Below are positions 47,251 to 57,289 of a stretch of DNA of 64,000 nucleotides, in pieces. Under the pieces are notes generated by a model. That model saw only the letters and a list, made by a program, of their open reading frames with translations. It was not told the DNA's origin and ran no database searches. A program made the position numbers and the translations under genes. The DNA lies in assembly GCA_016204605.1 (NCBI GenBank), contig JACQKK010000005.1, positions 3,802 to 67,801 of the forward strand, in the 5' to 3' direction. The DNA comes from Candidatus Lambdaproteobacteria bacterium. GTDB lineage: Bacteria; SAR324; JACQKK01. Positions within the stretch are counted from its first letter, which is position 1. Each line of letters begins with the position of its first letter.

Positions 47251-47320
47251 CGCGCTGGCGTCCCCACCCCGCCCTTCGGGCACCCCTTCCCACCAGGTGG
47301 GGAGGGGCTGGGGGAGGGGA
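47251..47320. repeat. REP-like intergenic repeat, family A, copy 3 (inverted)
   Basis: cgcgctggcgtccccaccccgcccttcgggcaccccttcccaccaggtggggagggg is the reverse complement of the family-A core seen at 2094 and 36781. Confidence 0.8.
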
Positions 47321-47464
47321 CCCGCACCTGGCAGCACAGTCTAGCGCAGAGGGGACCGCGCGTCACGGGGGGAACGAGAGGCAATGGCGGGCTTGCGCTT
47401 GACCGTCGCGGCTGGCTGGACGCAGCCGCATCCCTGTGCTCGCCCTCTCGTCTCGATTGCGGCC

Positions 47465-47493
47465 TTGACCCCTTGAAATAACGTCACTACAAT
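47465..47493 (+). promoter_or_regulatory. Sigma70-type promoter of brnTA copy 2 (TTGACC-17-TACAAT)
   Basis: TTGACC ccttgaaataacgtcac TACAAT aatac ATG. The -10 ends 5 nt before the ATG at 47499, which implies a leaderless transcript. Confidence 0.65.
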
Positions 47494-47498
47494 AATAC

Positions 47499-47783
47499 AT
47501 GCGGATCGAGTTCGACCTGGCCAAGCGGACGATAACGCTCAAGAATCGCGGCTTGGATTTTCGGGATGCCGAGCACGTGCTTGCCGGGGAACAGTTTACG
47601 TTCCAAGACCTTCGCCAGGACTATGGTGAGCCCAGGTTCATCACCATCGGGTACCTCGATGAGCGGATAGTCGTTATCGGATGGACGCCGCGCAAACACG
47701 ACGGGGAAACCGTGTGCCGGGTGTTTTCCATGAGGAAAGCCAGTGAAAAAGAAATCGCGCGCTTTCAAGAGCGACTTCGCTAA
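47499..47783 (+). CDS. brnT: BrnT-type toxin (DUF497 family), second copy
   Basis: MRIEFDLAKRTITLKNRGLDFRDAEHVLAG...RFITIGYLDERIVVIGWTPR...RVFSMRKASEKE. Confidence 0.85.
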   Translation: MRIEFDLAKRTITLKNRGLDFRDAEHVLAGEQFTFQDLRQDYGEPRFITIGYLDERIVVIGWTPRKHDGETVCRVFSMRKASEKEIARFQERLR

Positions 47784-48078
47784 AGTCGACGCCACCCGCG
47801 GTATGCCGGACGAGGAGTTGCCGGAAATCACCGACGACATGCTGGACCGCGCCGTGTATAGCGTCGGCGGCACCGTGCTGCCCACACCACGCCGAAGGGG
47901 GCGTCCCTCGGGCACCGGCAAGAAGGTAGCCACCACGATCCGTTTCGACCGCGACGTGGTCGCAGGCTTTCGCGCCCTCGGTCGCGGCTGGCAGACGCGG
48001 ATGAACGAAGCCCTGCGCGACTGGCTCAGCACTCATGAGGGTGAAACCAAGCCCCGGCAGACCCCTCGCGCGGGGTAG
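47743..48078 (+). CDS. brnA: BrnA-type antitoxin, second copy
   Basis: ...KKVATTIRFDRDVVAGFRALGRGWQTRMNEALRDWL. Overlaps brnT by 41 nt. Confidence 0.85.
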   Translation: MKKKSRAFKSDFAKVDATRGMPDEELPEITDDMLDRAVYSVGGTVLPTPRRRGRPSGTGKKVATTIRFDRDVVAGFRALGRGWQTRMNEALRDWLSTHEGETKPRQTPRAG

Positions 48079-48222
48079 GGTTCACCCTGTCAGGGGCGCC
48101 AACGCCAGGTTAGGTCTGCCAATTCCCCATGCAATACATGGCCGAAGCGCGCCGCAAAAGGAAAGTCAATAAATCAGAATCTTACAGTGTCCCCGCGCGG
48201 CGGATTCGCGATCTGCACCTGC

Positions 48223-48531
48223 TCACGCGCTGGCCCGCGCCGGCCGCACTTCCCTGCGGATGCGCGAGCCATGGGCCTTGCGCTCGATCTGCAGATCGTA
48301 CTCCGCCTGATTCTGTAGCCAGTACGCGGCGGGCCAGCCGAACAGGGCTTCCAGGCGCAGGGCGGTCTCGGGCGTGATGGTGCGCTGTCCCTTGACGATC
48401 TGGGTGATGCGGTTGGCGGGCACTCCCAGGCGCCGCGCCGCCTCCGCCCGGCTCATGGCCAGCGGCTTCATGAACTCCTCCTCCAGCATCACCCCCGGCG
48501 CCACCGGCGCCACAGCCCGTCTCGTCTTCAT
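48223..48531 (-). CDS. higA: HigA-family antitoxin (XRE-type HTH)
   Basis: VMLEEEFMKPLAMSRAEAARRLGVPANRITQIVKGQRTITPETALRLEALFGWPAAYWLQNQAEYDL. Confidence 0.88.
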   Translation of the reverse strand: MKTRRAVAPVAPGVMLEEEFMKPLAMSRAEAARRLGVPANRITQIVKGQRTITPETALRLEALFGWPAAYWLQNQAEYDLQIERKAHGSRIRREVRPARASA

Positions 48532-48542
48532 CGCGTCCCGTC

Positions 48543-48824
48543 CTATCGGTGGTAGTCCACGATTTCTACGTCGTACGCCCCGTCGTCGCGCCACTCGAAG
48601 CAGATGCGCCACTGGTCGTTGATGCGGATGGACCATTGTCCTTCCCGGTCGCCGTGGAGCTTCTCCAACCGGTTGCCCGGCGGAATATTCAAGTCCGATA
48701 CCCTGCCGGCCAGGTGCATCTGGTAGAGCTTGCGCGCGGCCGGCGCGGCGATGGCCCGGAACCGCCGCACCGGCTCCCCCGCGGCCAGCGTCTCCGTATC
48801 CTTGTCCGCAAAGCTCCAGATCAT
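48543..48824 (-). CDS. higB: HigB-type toxin (RelE/ParE superfamily, killer protein)
   Basis: MIWSFADKDTETLAAGEPVRRFRAIAAPAARKLYQMHLAGRVSDLNIPPGNRLEKLHGDREGQWSIRINDQWRICFEW. Confidence 0.88.
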   Translation of the reverse strand: MIWSFADKDTETLAAGEPVRRFRAIAAPAARKLYQMHLAGRVSDLNIPPGNRLEKLHGDREGQWSIRINDQWRICFEWRDDGAYDVEIVDYHR

Positions 48825-48843
48825 GGTGCGCCCGGTTTTCCCC

Positions 48844-48872
48844 ACGCTATGACGCCGGACGTCACGTGTCAA
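48844..48872 (-). promoter_or_regulatory. Putative higBA promoter with an operator palindrome in the spacer
   Basis: Gene orientation reads TTGACA cgTGACGTCCGGCGTCA TAGCGT. The spacer is 17 nt. The 15-nt palindrome TGACG-nnnnn-CGTCA (48850-48864) fills it. Confidence 0.5.
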
Positions 48873-48923
48873 TGGGCCGATCGGTGCAACGTCTGCGTCC
48901 GCGGCGTCGGGCGAACTGCCGCC

Positions 48924-50264
48924 TCACAGCAAGGTTCCCCGCAGCAGCACCTGGGCCAGGCCGAAGTAGATGACGACGCCGAAGACGTCGACCAGGGTGG
49001 CGACGAAGGGGGCGGAGGCGGTGGCGGGGTCGAGCTTGAGGCGGCGCAAGAGGAAGGGCAGCATGGAGCCGATCATGGTGCCCCAGGCCACCACGCCGAT
49101 TAGGCTCAGGCCGACCGTGGCGGCGAGCAGGGCGAAGTGCTCGCCGTAGGAGCCGAACAGGCCTTGCCAGAGCACGATGCGCAGGAGACCGAGCACGGCG
49201 AGCACGGCGCCGAGCGCCAGCCCGGCCGCCAGCTCGCGGCGCAGCACCAGCCACCAGTGGGCGATGCGCACCTCCCCCAGGGCCATGGCGCGGATGATGA
49301 GGGTGGTGGCCTGGGAGCCGGCGTTGCCGCCGCTGGAGATGATGAGCGGGATGAACAGGGCCAGCACCACGGCGCGGGCCAGCTCGGCTTCGAAGTAGCC
49401 CATCGCGCTGGCGGTGAGCAGCTCGCCGAGGAACAGCACGGCCAGCCAGCCGCCGCGCTTGCGCACCATGCTCAGCAGGCCGGTGTACATGTACGGGCGT
49501 TCGAGGGCCGCCAGCCCGCCCATGCGCTGCATGTCGCGGGTGACATCCTCCTGCATGGCCTGCATCACGTCGTCGGCGGTGACGATGCCCTGCATGCAGC
49601 CCTGCGCGTCGACGACCGGCAGGGCCATCAGGCTGTTGCGGGTCATCAGGCGCGCCACGCGGCGCTGGTGCACGGTGGGGGAGACGGAGATCACCTTGGT
49701 GTGCATGACCTCGCTCACGCGGCTCGTGCTGGGCGCGGTGAACAGCGTGCGGAAGGAGACCACCCCCAGCAGATGCTGCCCGCGATCGAGGGCGTAGGCG
49801 TAGTAGACCGATTCCAGCGGCTCGTGGAATTGGCGGCGCAGGTAGCGGATCGCCTCGTCCACGGTGGCCTCGGGCCGCACCCGCGCGAAACGGGGGCTCA
49901 TCAGCCCGCCGGCGGCGTCCTCGGCATAGGAGAGCAGCCCCAGCACGTCGGCGCGCGTCGTGTCGTCGAGCAGGGCCAGCAGCTCCGCGCGCTCGGGCTC
50001 CTCGACCTCCTGCAGCACGTCCACGGCATCGTCGGGCGCGAGCGTGCGCATCCAGATGCGCCGCTCGCGGGGCGGCAGCGTGCGGATCAGCTTGGCCTGG
50101 TCCCGCGGGCTGAGCCACTGGAAGAAGTCGTCCGCCTCCTCCCGCGAGAGCTGGCCGAAGCCCTGCACGCGCTGGTCGGCGGTGAGGATGGGCCAGATTT
50201 CCTGGAGCAGGTCCGCCGAGAGCTCCTCCTGGGCGATCTCGGGCGTCGGTTGCTGATCGGGCAT
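48924..50264 (-). CDS. mgtE: Magnesium transporter MgtE
   Basis: N-domain, CBS pair (GGLMSPRFARVRPEATVDEA...LPVVDAQGCMQGIVTADDV) and the TM domain IPLIISSGGNAGSQ...PFVATLVDV. Confidence 0.92.
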   Translation of the reverse strand: MPDQQPTPEIAQEELSADLLQEIWPILTADQRVQGFGQLSREEADDFFQWLSPRDQAKLIRTLPPRERRIWMRTLAPDDAVDVLQEVEEPERAELLALLDDTTRADVLGLLSYAEDAAGGLMSPRFARVRPEATVDEAIRYLRRQFHEPLESVYYAYALDRGQHLLGVVSFRTLFTAPSTSRVSEVMHTKVISVSPTVHQRRVARLMTRNSLMALPVVDAQGCMQGIVTADDVMQAMQEDVTRDMQRMGGLAALERPYMYTGLLSMVRKRGGWLAVLFLGELLTASAMGYFEAELARAVVLALFIPLIISSGGNAGSQATTLIIRAMALGEVRIAHWWLVLRRELAAGLALGAVLAVLGLLRIVLWQGLFGSYGEHFALLAATVGLSLIGVVAWGTMIGSMLPFLLRRLKLDPATASAPFVATLVDVFGVVIYFGLAQVLLRGTLL

Positions 50265-50560
50265 GGGTGCTCCCTGGCGATCTGCCGTGCCGGTTCGGAT
50301 ATCCGCCGACGTGAGGCGCCGTCGGCGCCGCCTGTGAGTTTGTAAGCAAACGTCCCGCTTCTTCTATCCGTTCCGTGGTCGAATGGGGAGTGGGGAAGGT
50401 CACCCGCCTGCCGAGATGCTGCCGCGCCGCTGGGATGGCCCGCCGTATTCCCGACCGCGCTCGAAGCCTGGCGACTGCCCGCCGCGGCCGGGCTGCCGCT
50501 GTGCATGCCCGCCGAAGGGCTGTGGCCATGGCGCCGGGCGCGAGCCCCGAGGGCGTGGTG

Positions 50561-50749
50561 CTGTTCCGGATGCTGCTGCTGGCCCAGGCGCAGCGCCAGC
50601 ACAGCGATCCGCGCCGGCCCGACGGCCTGGATCGCCTGCTGCGCCGGATGATGGTCACGCCCGACACGCACCGCGTCCATCGGTCCGTGGTGCGGCAGGA
50701 GACCGATGCCAACTTTGCCACGGTGCTGAGCCTGTGGGATCGTAACGGC
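50561..50749 (+). pseudogene. C-terminal fragment of a fatty-acid hydroxylase / sterol-desaturase-family gene
   Basis: ...QRQHSDPRRPDGLDRLLRRMMVTPDTHRVHRSVVRQETDANFATVLSLWDR resembles the family's HSN...l..vlvTP..HrvHHs....d.NfG..lslWDr tail, but one histidine is lost (HRVHRS). The upstream two-thirds of the protein is absent. Confidence 0.4.
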
Positions 50750-50894
50750 GTGACGTTGCGTAGGGTTCGCCCCGGCAGACCATCCGCAGCGGGCTGCCGG
50801 CATACCGCGAGCCCGCGCAGGTCACGCGGCCCCGGCTGCTGCTGATGCCGTTCCGGCCCGCTGCGGCGGAGCCGCCACCCCGACAGGAGAGCCG

Positions 50895-51919
50895 ATGAGG
50901 TCGCGCCGACTGCTCCGCGTGGTCGTGCTGCTCGTGCTGGCGGCCGGGATCGCCCTGGTGATCGCCAACCGCGGGGCGTTTGCGCTGCCCCGGCTCGAGG
51001 CCACGCTGGAGAACCTCGGGCCGTGGGCGCACGTGGCCTACGTGGCGTTCTGGATCGTCGCACCGGTGCTGTTCATCCCCGGCGGGCCGATCACCCTCGC
51101 GGGCGGCGCGCTGTTCGGGTTCGCGCTCGGCACCCTCTATACGATCCTCGGCGCGACCGCGGGGGCCACCCTCGCGTTCCTGGCGGGGCGTTACTTGGCC
51201 CGGGAATGGGTCGAGCGCAGGGTGAGCGGCATGCTGGCCAGGATCAAGGAGGGCGTCGAAGGGGAGGGCTGGCGATTCGTGGCCTTCGTGCGGCTGGTGC
51301 CGCTGTTCCCCTTCAACGCCCTCAACTATGCGCTGGGGCTCACGCGCATACCGCTGCGCACGTATGTGCTCACGTCGCTGGTGTGCATGCTGCCGGGCAC
51401 GGCGGGCTATGCCTACCTGGGGGCGTTCGGCCGGGATGCGCTCACGGGCGGGGCGAACCTCGTGCAGAAGGGGCTGCTCGCGCTCGGCGTGTTCGCGGCG
51501 CTGGTGTTCCTGCCCCTGTTTCTGCGGCGCCTGCGGGCCGGGCGCTCCGGAGCGGCTGCCCAGCCGGTTGCGGAAACCCTCCCGCCCGAGCGGCTGATCT
51601 CGCCCGCGGCGCTCCAGGCGCGGCTCGGCATGCCGGCTGGCGTGCTGGTGCTCGATGTGCGCAGCGCGGAGGAGTTCACGGGCCCCCTGGGGCACATCGC
51701 CGGGTCACGGCTGATCCCGATCGACGAGCTGACCGCGCGACTGGGCGAGCTCGAGCCCGTCCGCGGCCGACCGATCGCGCTCGTCTGAAGGACGGAGCGC
51801 CGTTCGCGCCTGGCCGTGGACGTGCTGAGCCGCGCGGGGTTCCCGCACGTGTACCTGATGACCGAAGGGCTGGAAAGCTGGGTGCAGCAGGGCCTGCCCA
51901 CCACCCGCGCCACGGAGGG

Positions 51920-51923
<4 letters not shown>
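50895..51923 (+). CDS. TVP38/TMEM64 (DedA-related, VTT-domain) membrane protein fused to a rhodanese domain. In-frame TGA at 51786-51788 read as Sec at the catalytic position
   Basis: The N-terminal 200 aa are polytopic (FIPGGPITLAGGALFG...FVRLVPLFPFNALNYALG). The C-terminal part reads LVLDVRSAEEFTGPLGHIAGSRLIPIDEL...GRPIALV-U-RTERRSRLAVDVLSRAGFPHVYLMTEGLESWVQQGLP, which is the rhodanese active-site loop (..vvyCrsG.RS..a...L...Gf..v..l.GG...W) with TGA at the Cys. The frame stays open for 45 codons to the TAG at 51921. AGGAGA SD before the ATG. Confidence 0.8.
51792..51817 (+). promoter_or_regulatory. Candidate SECIS hairpin for the rhodanese UGA
   Basis: ACGG-A-GCGC-CGUUC-GCGC-CUGG-CCGU. 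There are two 4-bp helices around an internal loop, with GU in the apical loop. It starts 4 nt after the UGA. Confidence 0.4.
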
Positions 51924-53032
<1,109 letters not shown>

Positions 53033-53188
53033 ATCGGCTTCGCTCGGCCTCGCGTCGGCTGTGGCAGCCGCCGCGAACGTGGCCCTGGGCGACCGCACCG
53101 CGTGTACCGAGCCGGGCGGCCGGGGGAATTCGGAGCGTTGGTTTCGACGCGCGGAGCCTATCAAGGGGCGAATCTCCAGACAAGCCGC

Positions 53189-54910
53189 TCAGGCGGCGGG
53201 CGGCGCCGCGGCGGCCGGCGACGGCGGGACGCCGGGCGCCGCCGGCCGAGCGGCCACCCGATAGCCGGGCCGCGAGCGGGCGATGGCCAGGCTGAGCAGC
53301 AGCACCGGCACCACACCCACGAGCACGATGGCCAGCGCGGCGGTCGAAGCCTCGGCCAGCCGCTCGTCGGCCGCGAGGACATACACGCGCACCGCCAGCG
53401 TATCGAAGTTGAACGGCCGCACGATCAGCGTGGCGGGCAGCTCCTTCATCACGTCCACCAGCACCAGCAGGGCTGCGGTGAACATCCCGCCGCGCATCAT
53501 CGGCAGGTGCACGGCGAGCATGGTCTGCCCCGGGCTGTAGCCGAGCGTCCGCGCGACCTCTCCCATCGAGGGCTTGATCTTGGCCAGGCTCGCCTCGATG
53601 GAGTTCGAGGATACGGCGAGGAAGCGCACCAGGTAAGCGAACACGAGCGCGAGGGTGGTGCCGCTGAGCAGCAGCCCGGTCGAGAAGCCCAGCGTCCTGC
53701 GCGCCCACGCATCGATCGCGTTGTCGATGGCGGCGAAGGGGATGAGCACGCCCACGGCGATGACCGTGCCGGGGATGGCATAGCCCATCGCAGCGATCCG
53801 CGCGGCGCCCCGCAGCAAAGGCGTCGGGTGCAGCCGCCGTCCGTAGGCGATCACCAGCGAGATCAGCACCGCCAGCGCGGCCGTCGTGAGCGCCAGCCGC
53901 AGGCTGTTGCCCGCCAGGCGGAAGAAGGAGGGGCCGAGCAGCGCATCCCCCTGCAGGGACGCCAGGTGCAGGAGCAGCCCCGCGGGCAGCAGGAATCCCA
54001 GCGCCAGCGGCAGCAGGCACGCCAGGAACGCCAGCGCGCCGCGCATGCCCGTCAGCGGCAGTTCGGGCAGCCGGCGGTAGACATCGGTTGTGTGGTGGAA
54101 GCGGATGCGCCCGCGGCTCCAGCGTTCGAGCAGCAGCACCGCCAGCACGAACAGCAGCAAGGCGGCGGCGAGCTGCGCCGCGGCGACGGGCCGGCCCATC
54201 GCGAACCAGGTGCGGTAGATGCCGGTGGTGAACGTGTTCACCGCGAAATACTGCACGGTGCCGAAATCGGCCAAGGTCTCCATCATCACCAGCGCCACGC
54301 CCGCGGCGATCGCCGGCCGCGCCAGCGGCAACGCCACGGTGGCGAACGACCGCCAGGGGCCGCAGCCGAGCGTGCGGCTCACCTCCAGCACGCAGACCGA
54401 CTGCTCCAGGAACGCCGTGCGCGCCAGCATGTATACGTAGGGATAGAACACCAGCATCATCACCACGATCGCGCCGCCGGGCGACTGGAGCGGCGGGAAC
54501 CAGTAGTCCCCGTGGCGCCAGCCCGTGAGCTGCCGCAGCGCCGTCTGCACCGGCCCGGCGAACTGCAGCCAGTCGGCGTAGGCATACGCCATCACATAGG
54601 CCGGCATCGCCAGCGGCAGCAGCAGGCTCCACTCGAACCAGCGCCGGCCGGGGAACCGGCACATCGTCACCAGCCATGCCGTGCCCGTCCCGATCAGGGC
54701 CGCGCCCAGGCCCACGCCGGCCATCAGCAGCAGCGAGTTGCGCACGTAATCGCCGAGCACCGTGTCGGCGAGGTGCCGCCACACGTCGCCGCTGGGCACG
54801 AACACCTGGCCCAGCACCACCAGCACCGGCACGGCGATGAGCAGGGCCATGGCCGCCGTGAAGGTGCTCCACGCGCTGGGCACGATCCGCTGCAGGATGC
54901 GCTGGGCCAT
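53189..54910 (-). CDS. fbpB: Iron(III) ABC transporter permease (duplicated FbpB-type)
   Basis: 573 aa with two MetI-like permease halves. The N-terminus MAQRILQRIVPSAW... is typical of FbpB/ThiP-type fused permeases. Confidence 0.88.
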   Translation of the reverse strand: MAQRILQRIVPSAWSTFTAAMALLIAVPVLVVLGQVFVPSGDVWRHLADTVLGDYVRNSLLLMAGVGLGAALIGTGTAWLVTMCRFPGRRWFEWSLLLPLAMPAYVMAYAYADWLQFAGPVQTALRQLTGWRHGDYWFPPLQSPGGAIVVMMLVFYPYVYMLARTAFLEQSVCVLEVSRTLGCGPWRSFATVALPLARPAIAAGVALVMMETLADFGTVQYFAVNTFTTGIYRTWFAMGRPVAAAQLAAALLLFVLAVLLLERWSRGRIRFHHTTDVYRRLPELPLTGMRGALAFLACLLPLALGFLLPAGLLLHLASLQGDALLGPSFFRLAGNSLRLALTTAALAVLISLVIAYGRRLHPTPLLRGAARIAAMGYAIPGTVIAVGVLIPFAAIDNAIDAWARRTLGFSTGLLLSGTTLALVFAYLVRFLAVSSNSIEASLAKIKPSMGEVARTLGYSPGQTMLAVHLPMMRGGMFTAALLVLVDVMKELPATLIVRPFNFDTLAVRVYVLAADERLAEASTAALAIVLVGVVPVLLLSLAIARSRPGYRVAARPAAPGVPPSPAAAAPPAA

Positions 54911-55063
54911 GGGTGGAATCCGGCCGGGTGCGCCGGGACGATGGTGAAAAAATGAGCCGCGGGCCCCGGCATCATGCCCGCGGGCCCGGCCCCCGCCGCG
55001 CCGAGCCGGAGCGCCGGGCGATACGCCTTCGCCGCCGGCCCGCGACTTCCCCGCGTGCGGCCG

Positions 55064-56107
55064 TCACTTCCAGCCGGCGCGATCCATCAGCTTCAGGGCC
55101 GCCTCGTTGTTGCGCCCGAACACCGCGGCATCGAGCGGATCCTCCTTGAACGTCCCGAAGGCGGCAATGGTGGGGTCCGTCGCCACGCCCGCGACGATGG
55201 GGTACTCGAAGTTGCCCCGCGCGAAGACCTGCTGGGCCTCCGCGGTCACCAGGTAGTCGAGGAAGCGCACGGCCGCCTCGCGGTTCGGCGCGTGGCGGGC
55301 CACGCCCCCGCCGCTGATGTTGACGTGGGTGCCGCGATCCTGCTGGTTCGGGAAGAATACGGCCACCTGGGCCGCCGCCGCCCGCTCCTCCGGGCGCCGG
55401 GAGTTGATGAGCTGTCCCAGGTAGTACGTGTTGGAGATGGCCACGTCGGCCTCGCCGGCCGCCACGGCCCGGATCTGGTCGCGGTCCCCGCCGCTGGGGG
55501 GGCGCGCGAAGTTCGCGACGAGCGCCCGCGCCCAGGCCTCGGTGGCGGCTTCGCCGTGGGCGGCGATCAGGGCGCCGGTCAGCGACTGGTTGTAGACGTT
55601 GGAGGAGCTGCGCACCACGATCCGTCCCTTCCAGCGCGGATTCGCCAGCCCCTCGTAGCTGGCGAGCTCGGCGGGCTTCACGCGGGCCTTGCTGTAGACG
55701 AGCACCCGCGCGCGCTTGGTGAGCCCGAACCAGTGGCCGCCCGGTTCGCGGAATCGTGGCGGAATCGCCTGCTCGAGGGCGGGCGAGGCGACGGGCTGCA
55801 GGATGCCGGCGGCCTGGGCGCGCCAAAGCAGCCCGGCGTCGGCGGCGATCAGGACATCGGCCGGGCTGTTCGGCCCTTCCGCCTTGATGCGCTCGATCAA
55901 CTGATCGCCGCCGCCTTCGATCAGGTTCACGCGGATGCCGGTCCGGCGCGTGAATCCCTGGTACAGCGCCTTGTCGCTATCGTAGTGGCGCGCCGAGTAT
56001 AGATTCACCGCGGCCTCCGGCGCCGCCTGCGCCGGCACTACCAACCCGGCCAGCGCCCATCCGGCCAGCCCTGCCAGCATCGCCACCCGCTTCAGCAATC
56101 CGTCCAT
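55064..56107 (-). CDS. fbpA: Fe(3+) ABC transporter substrate-binding protein
   Basis: Signal peptide MLAGLAGWALAGLVVPAQA, then VNLYSARHYDSDKALYQGF...VLIAADAGLLW...ISNTYYLG, as in FbpA/AfuA-type ferric-binding proteins. Confidence 0.88.
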   Translation of the reverse strand: MDGLLKRVAMLAGLAGWALAGLVVPAQAAPEAAVNLYSARHYDSDKALYQGFTRRTGIRVNLIEGGGDQLIERIKAEGPNSPADVLIAADAGLLWRAQAAGILQPVASPALEQAIPPRFREPGGHWFGLTKRARVLVYSKARVKPAELASYEGLANPRWKGRIVVRSSSNVYNQSLTGALIAAHGEAATEAWARALVANFARPPSGGDRDQIRAVAAGEADVAISNTYYLGQLINSRRPEERAAAAQVAVFFPNQQDRGTHVNISGGGVARHAPNREAAVRFLDYLVTAEAQQVFARGNFEYPIVAGVATDPTIAAFGTFKEDPLDAAVFGRNNEAALKLMDRAGWK

Positions 56108-56187
56108 GCTCCTCCCGCTCCCCGGTCAGCGGCGTGCTCCCCCGCTCCGCGTCCATCCCGCAGCCCCCTGGCGCGCCTTGTTAGTGT

Positions 56188-56202
56188 TGAGACTCAATCT
56201 CA
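56188..56202. promoter_or_regulatory. Fur-box-like 7-1-7 palindrome upstream of fbpA
   Basis: TGAGACT-C-AATCTCA (TGAGATT-G-AGTCTCA in gene orientation) lies in an AT-rich patch 81-95 nt upstream of fbpA. It matches about 10 of 14 positions of TGATAAT-n-ATTATCA. A related TGAGACT...GACTCAAT is at 56265-56288. Confidence 0.4.
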
Positions 56203-56329
56203 GTATAAACACATGCCAACGCATCCGCAAGGGGAATAAAATCGGCTCTCTTTCGGCGGAATTAAATGAGACTGGGACTCAATAAAGACATCGCGGGCGG
56301 CGCCCGAGGCCGCGGGCATGGCGCGGCGG

Positions 56330-57253
56330 TCAAGGCAGGCCGCGGGCGCGGAGGAGCCGCAGCAACGCGTCGACCTGCGCCTCGACCCCGTGTTCGGCCG
56401 GCACGATGGCGCCGCCGGAGGCGGGCGGGGCCGCCAGCAGGGCGTCGATGCGCGCCTCGGGCGGCAGCGCCGGGTCCGCGGCGGGCAGGCGCCTGACGCG
56501 CGGGACAGGGTCGCGCAGCCGCACCTCCCCGGCCAAGGGCATCTGGCCGGGCGCCGTGGCCAGCCGGATCGACGCCGTGCGGCTCGCCAGCCACGCAGCG
56601 AGCGACGGCACGGGCTTTGGCGCCGGCGGCCCGGCCCAGGTGACGACCGCCGGCAGGGCGAGCTCGAGCGCCTGCCCGTAGCCCCGCTCCAGCTTGACGC
56701 GCACGCGCCAGCCGCGCGGCACCGGGGCGATCTCTTCGGCGCGGTGGGCGAAAGCGGCGCCCAGGGCGATCGCGAGGGCGGCGCCGAAGCTCTCCGTCCC
56801 GAAATCGGCGCTGCGCGCCCCGGTCAGGACCAGCGCGGGCGCCCATTCCGCCAGGGCGGCTGCGGCCGCCACGGCATGGGCGCGGGCGCGGGCGGTCGTG
56901 GGCGCCGCGGGGGGACCCGCCTCCCAAGCCGGGTTCCACACCCGGATCGCCTCGTCGGCGCCGGCGGCCAGGGCTTCGCGCAGCGTCTCCTCGTCGCCGG
57001 CGGGGCCGACCAGCAGCGCCAGCAGGCGCGGCGCGGGCGGCGGCAGGCGTTCGCGCAAGGCCAGCGCGGCGCCGAGCGCGGCCGCGGCCGCGGGGTCGGT
57101 CACGCGGATCGCCTCCTCCCCGCGCACGCCGACGCCCTGCGGGCCCAACCGGATCGGCACCCTGGGGCTCGCCACCCGCGCCAGGCACACGGCGAGGGGC
57201 GGCGGCGGGCGATCGCGGGAGGGCACGGAGCGAGATGGCACAGAGCGGGACAC
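56330..57253 (-). CDS. Electron-transfer-flavoprotein beta-subunit-like protein (divergent)
   Basis: The layout follows ETF-beta/FixA: AALGAALALRE...LLALLVGPAGDEETLREALAAGADEAIRV...ALVLTGARSADFGTESFGAALAIALGAAFA...LPAVVTW. The N-terminus is atypical and carries a SRSVP-SRSVP repeat. No ETF-alpha gene is nearby. Confidence 0.55.
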   Translation of the reverse strand: MSRSVPSRSVPSRDRPPPPLAVCLARVASPRVPIRLGPQGVGVRGEEAIRVTDPAAAAALGAALALRERLPPPAPRLLALLVGPAGDEETLREALAAGADEAIRVWNPAWEAGPPAAPTTARARAHAVAAAAALAEWAPALVLTGARSADFGTESFGAALAIALGAAFAHRAEEIAPVPRGWRVRVKLERGYGQALELALPAVVTWAGPPAPKPVPSLAAWLASRTASIRLATAPGQMPLAGEVRLRDPVPRVRRLPAADPALPPEARIDALLAAPPASGGAIVPAEHGVEAQVDALLRLLRARGLP

Positions 57254-57289
57254 GGGCGCTGCTCGCAGTCGGGGCGCAACGGTGGCCGA

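Noticed and set aside
43936-47481. A 1181-aa ORF on the plus strand.
   Set aside because: It is exactly antisense to carB, whose identity is unambiguous, and its composition is that of a shadow ORF.
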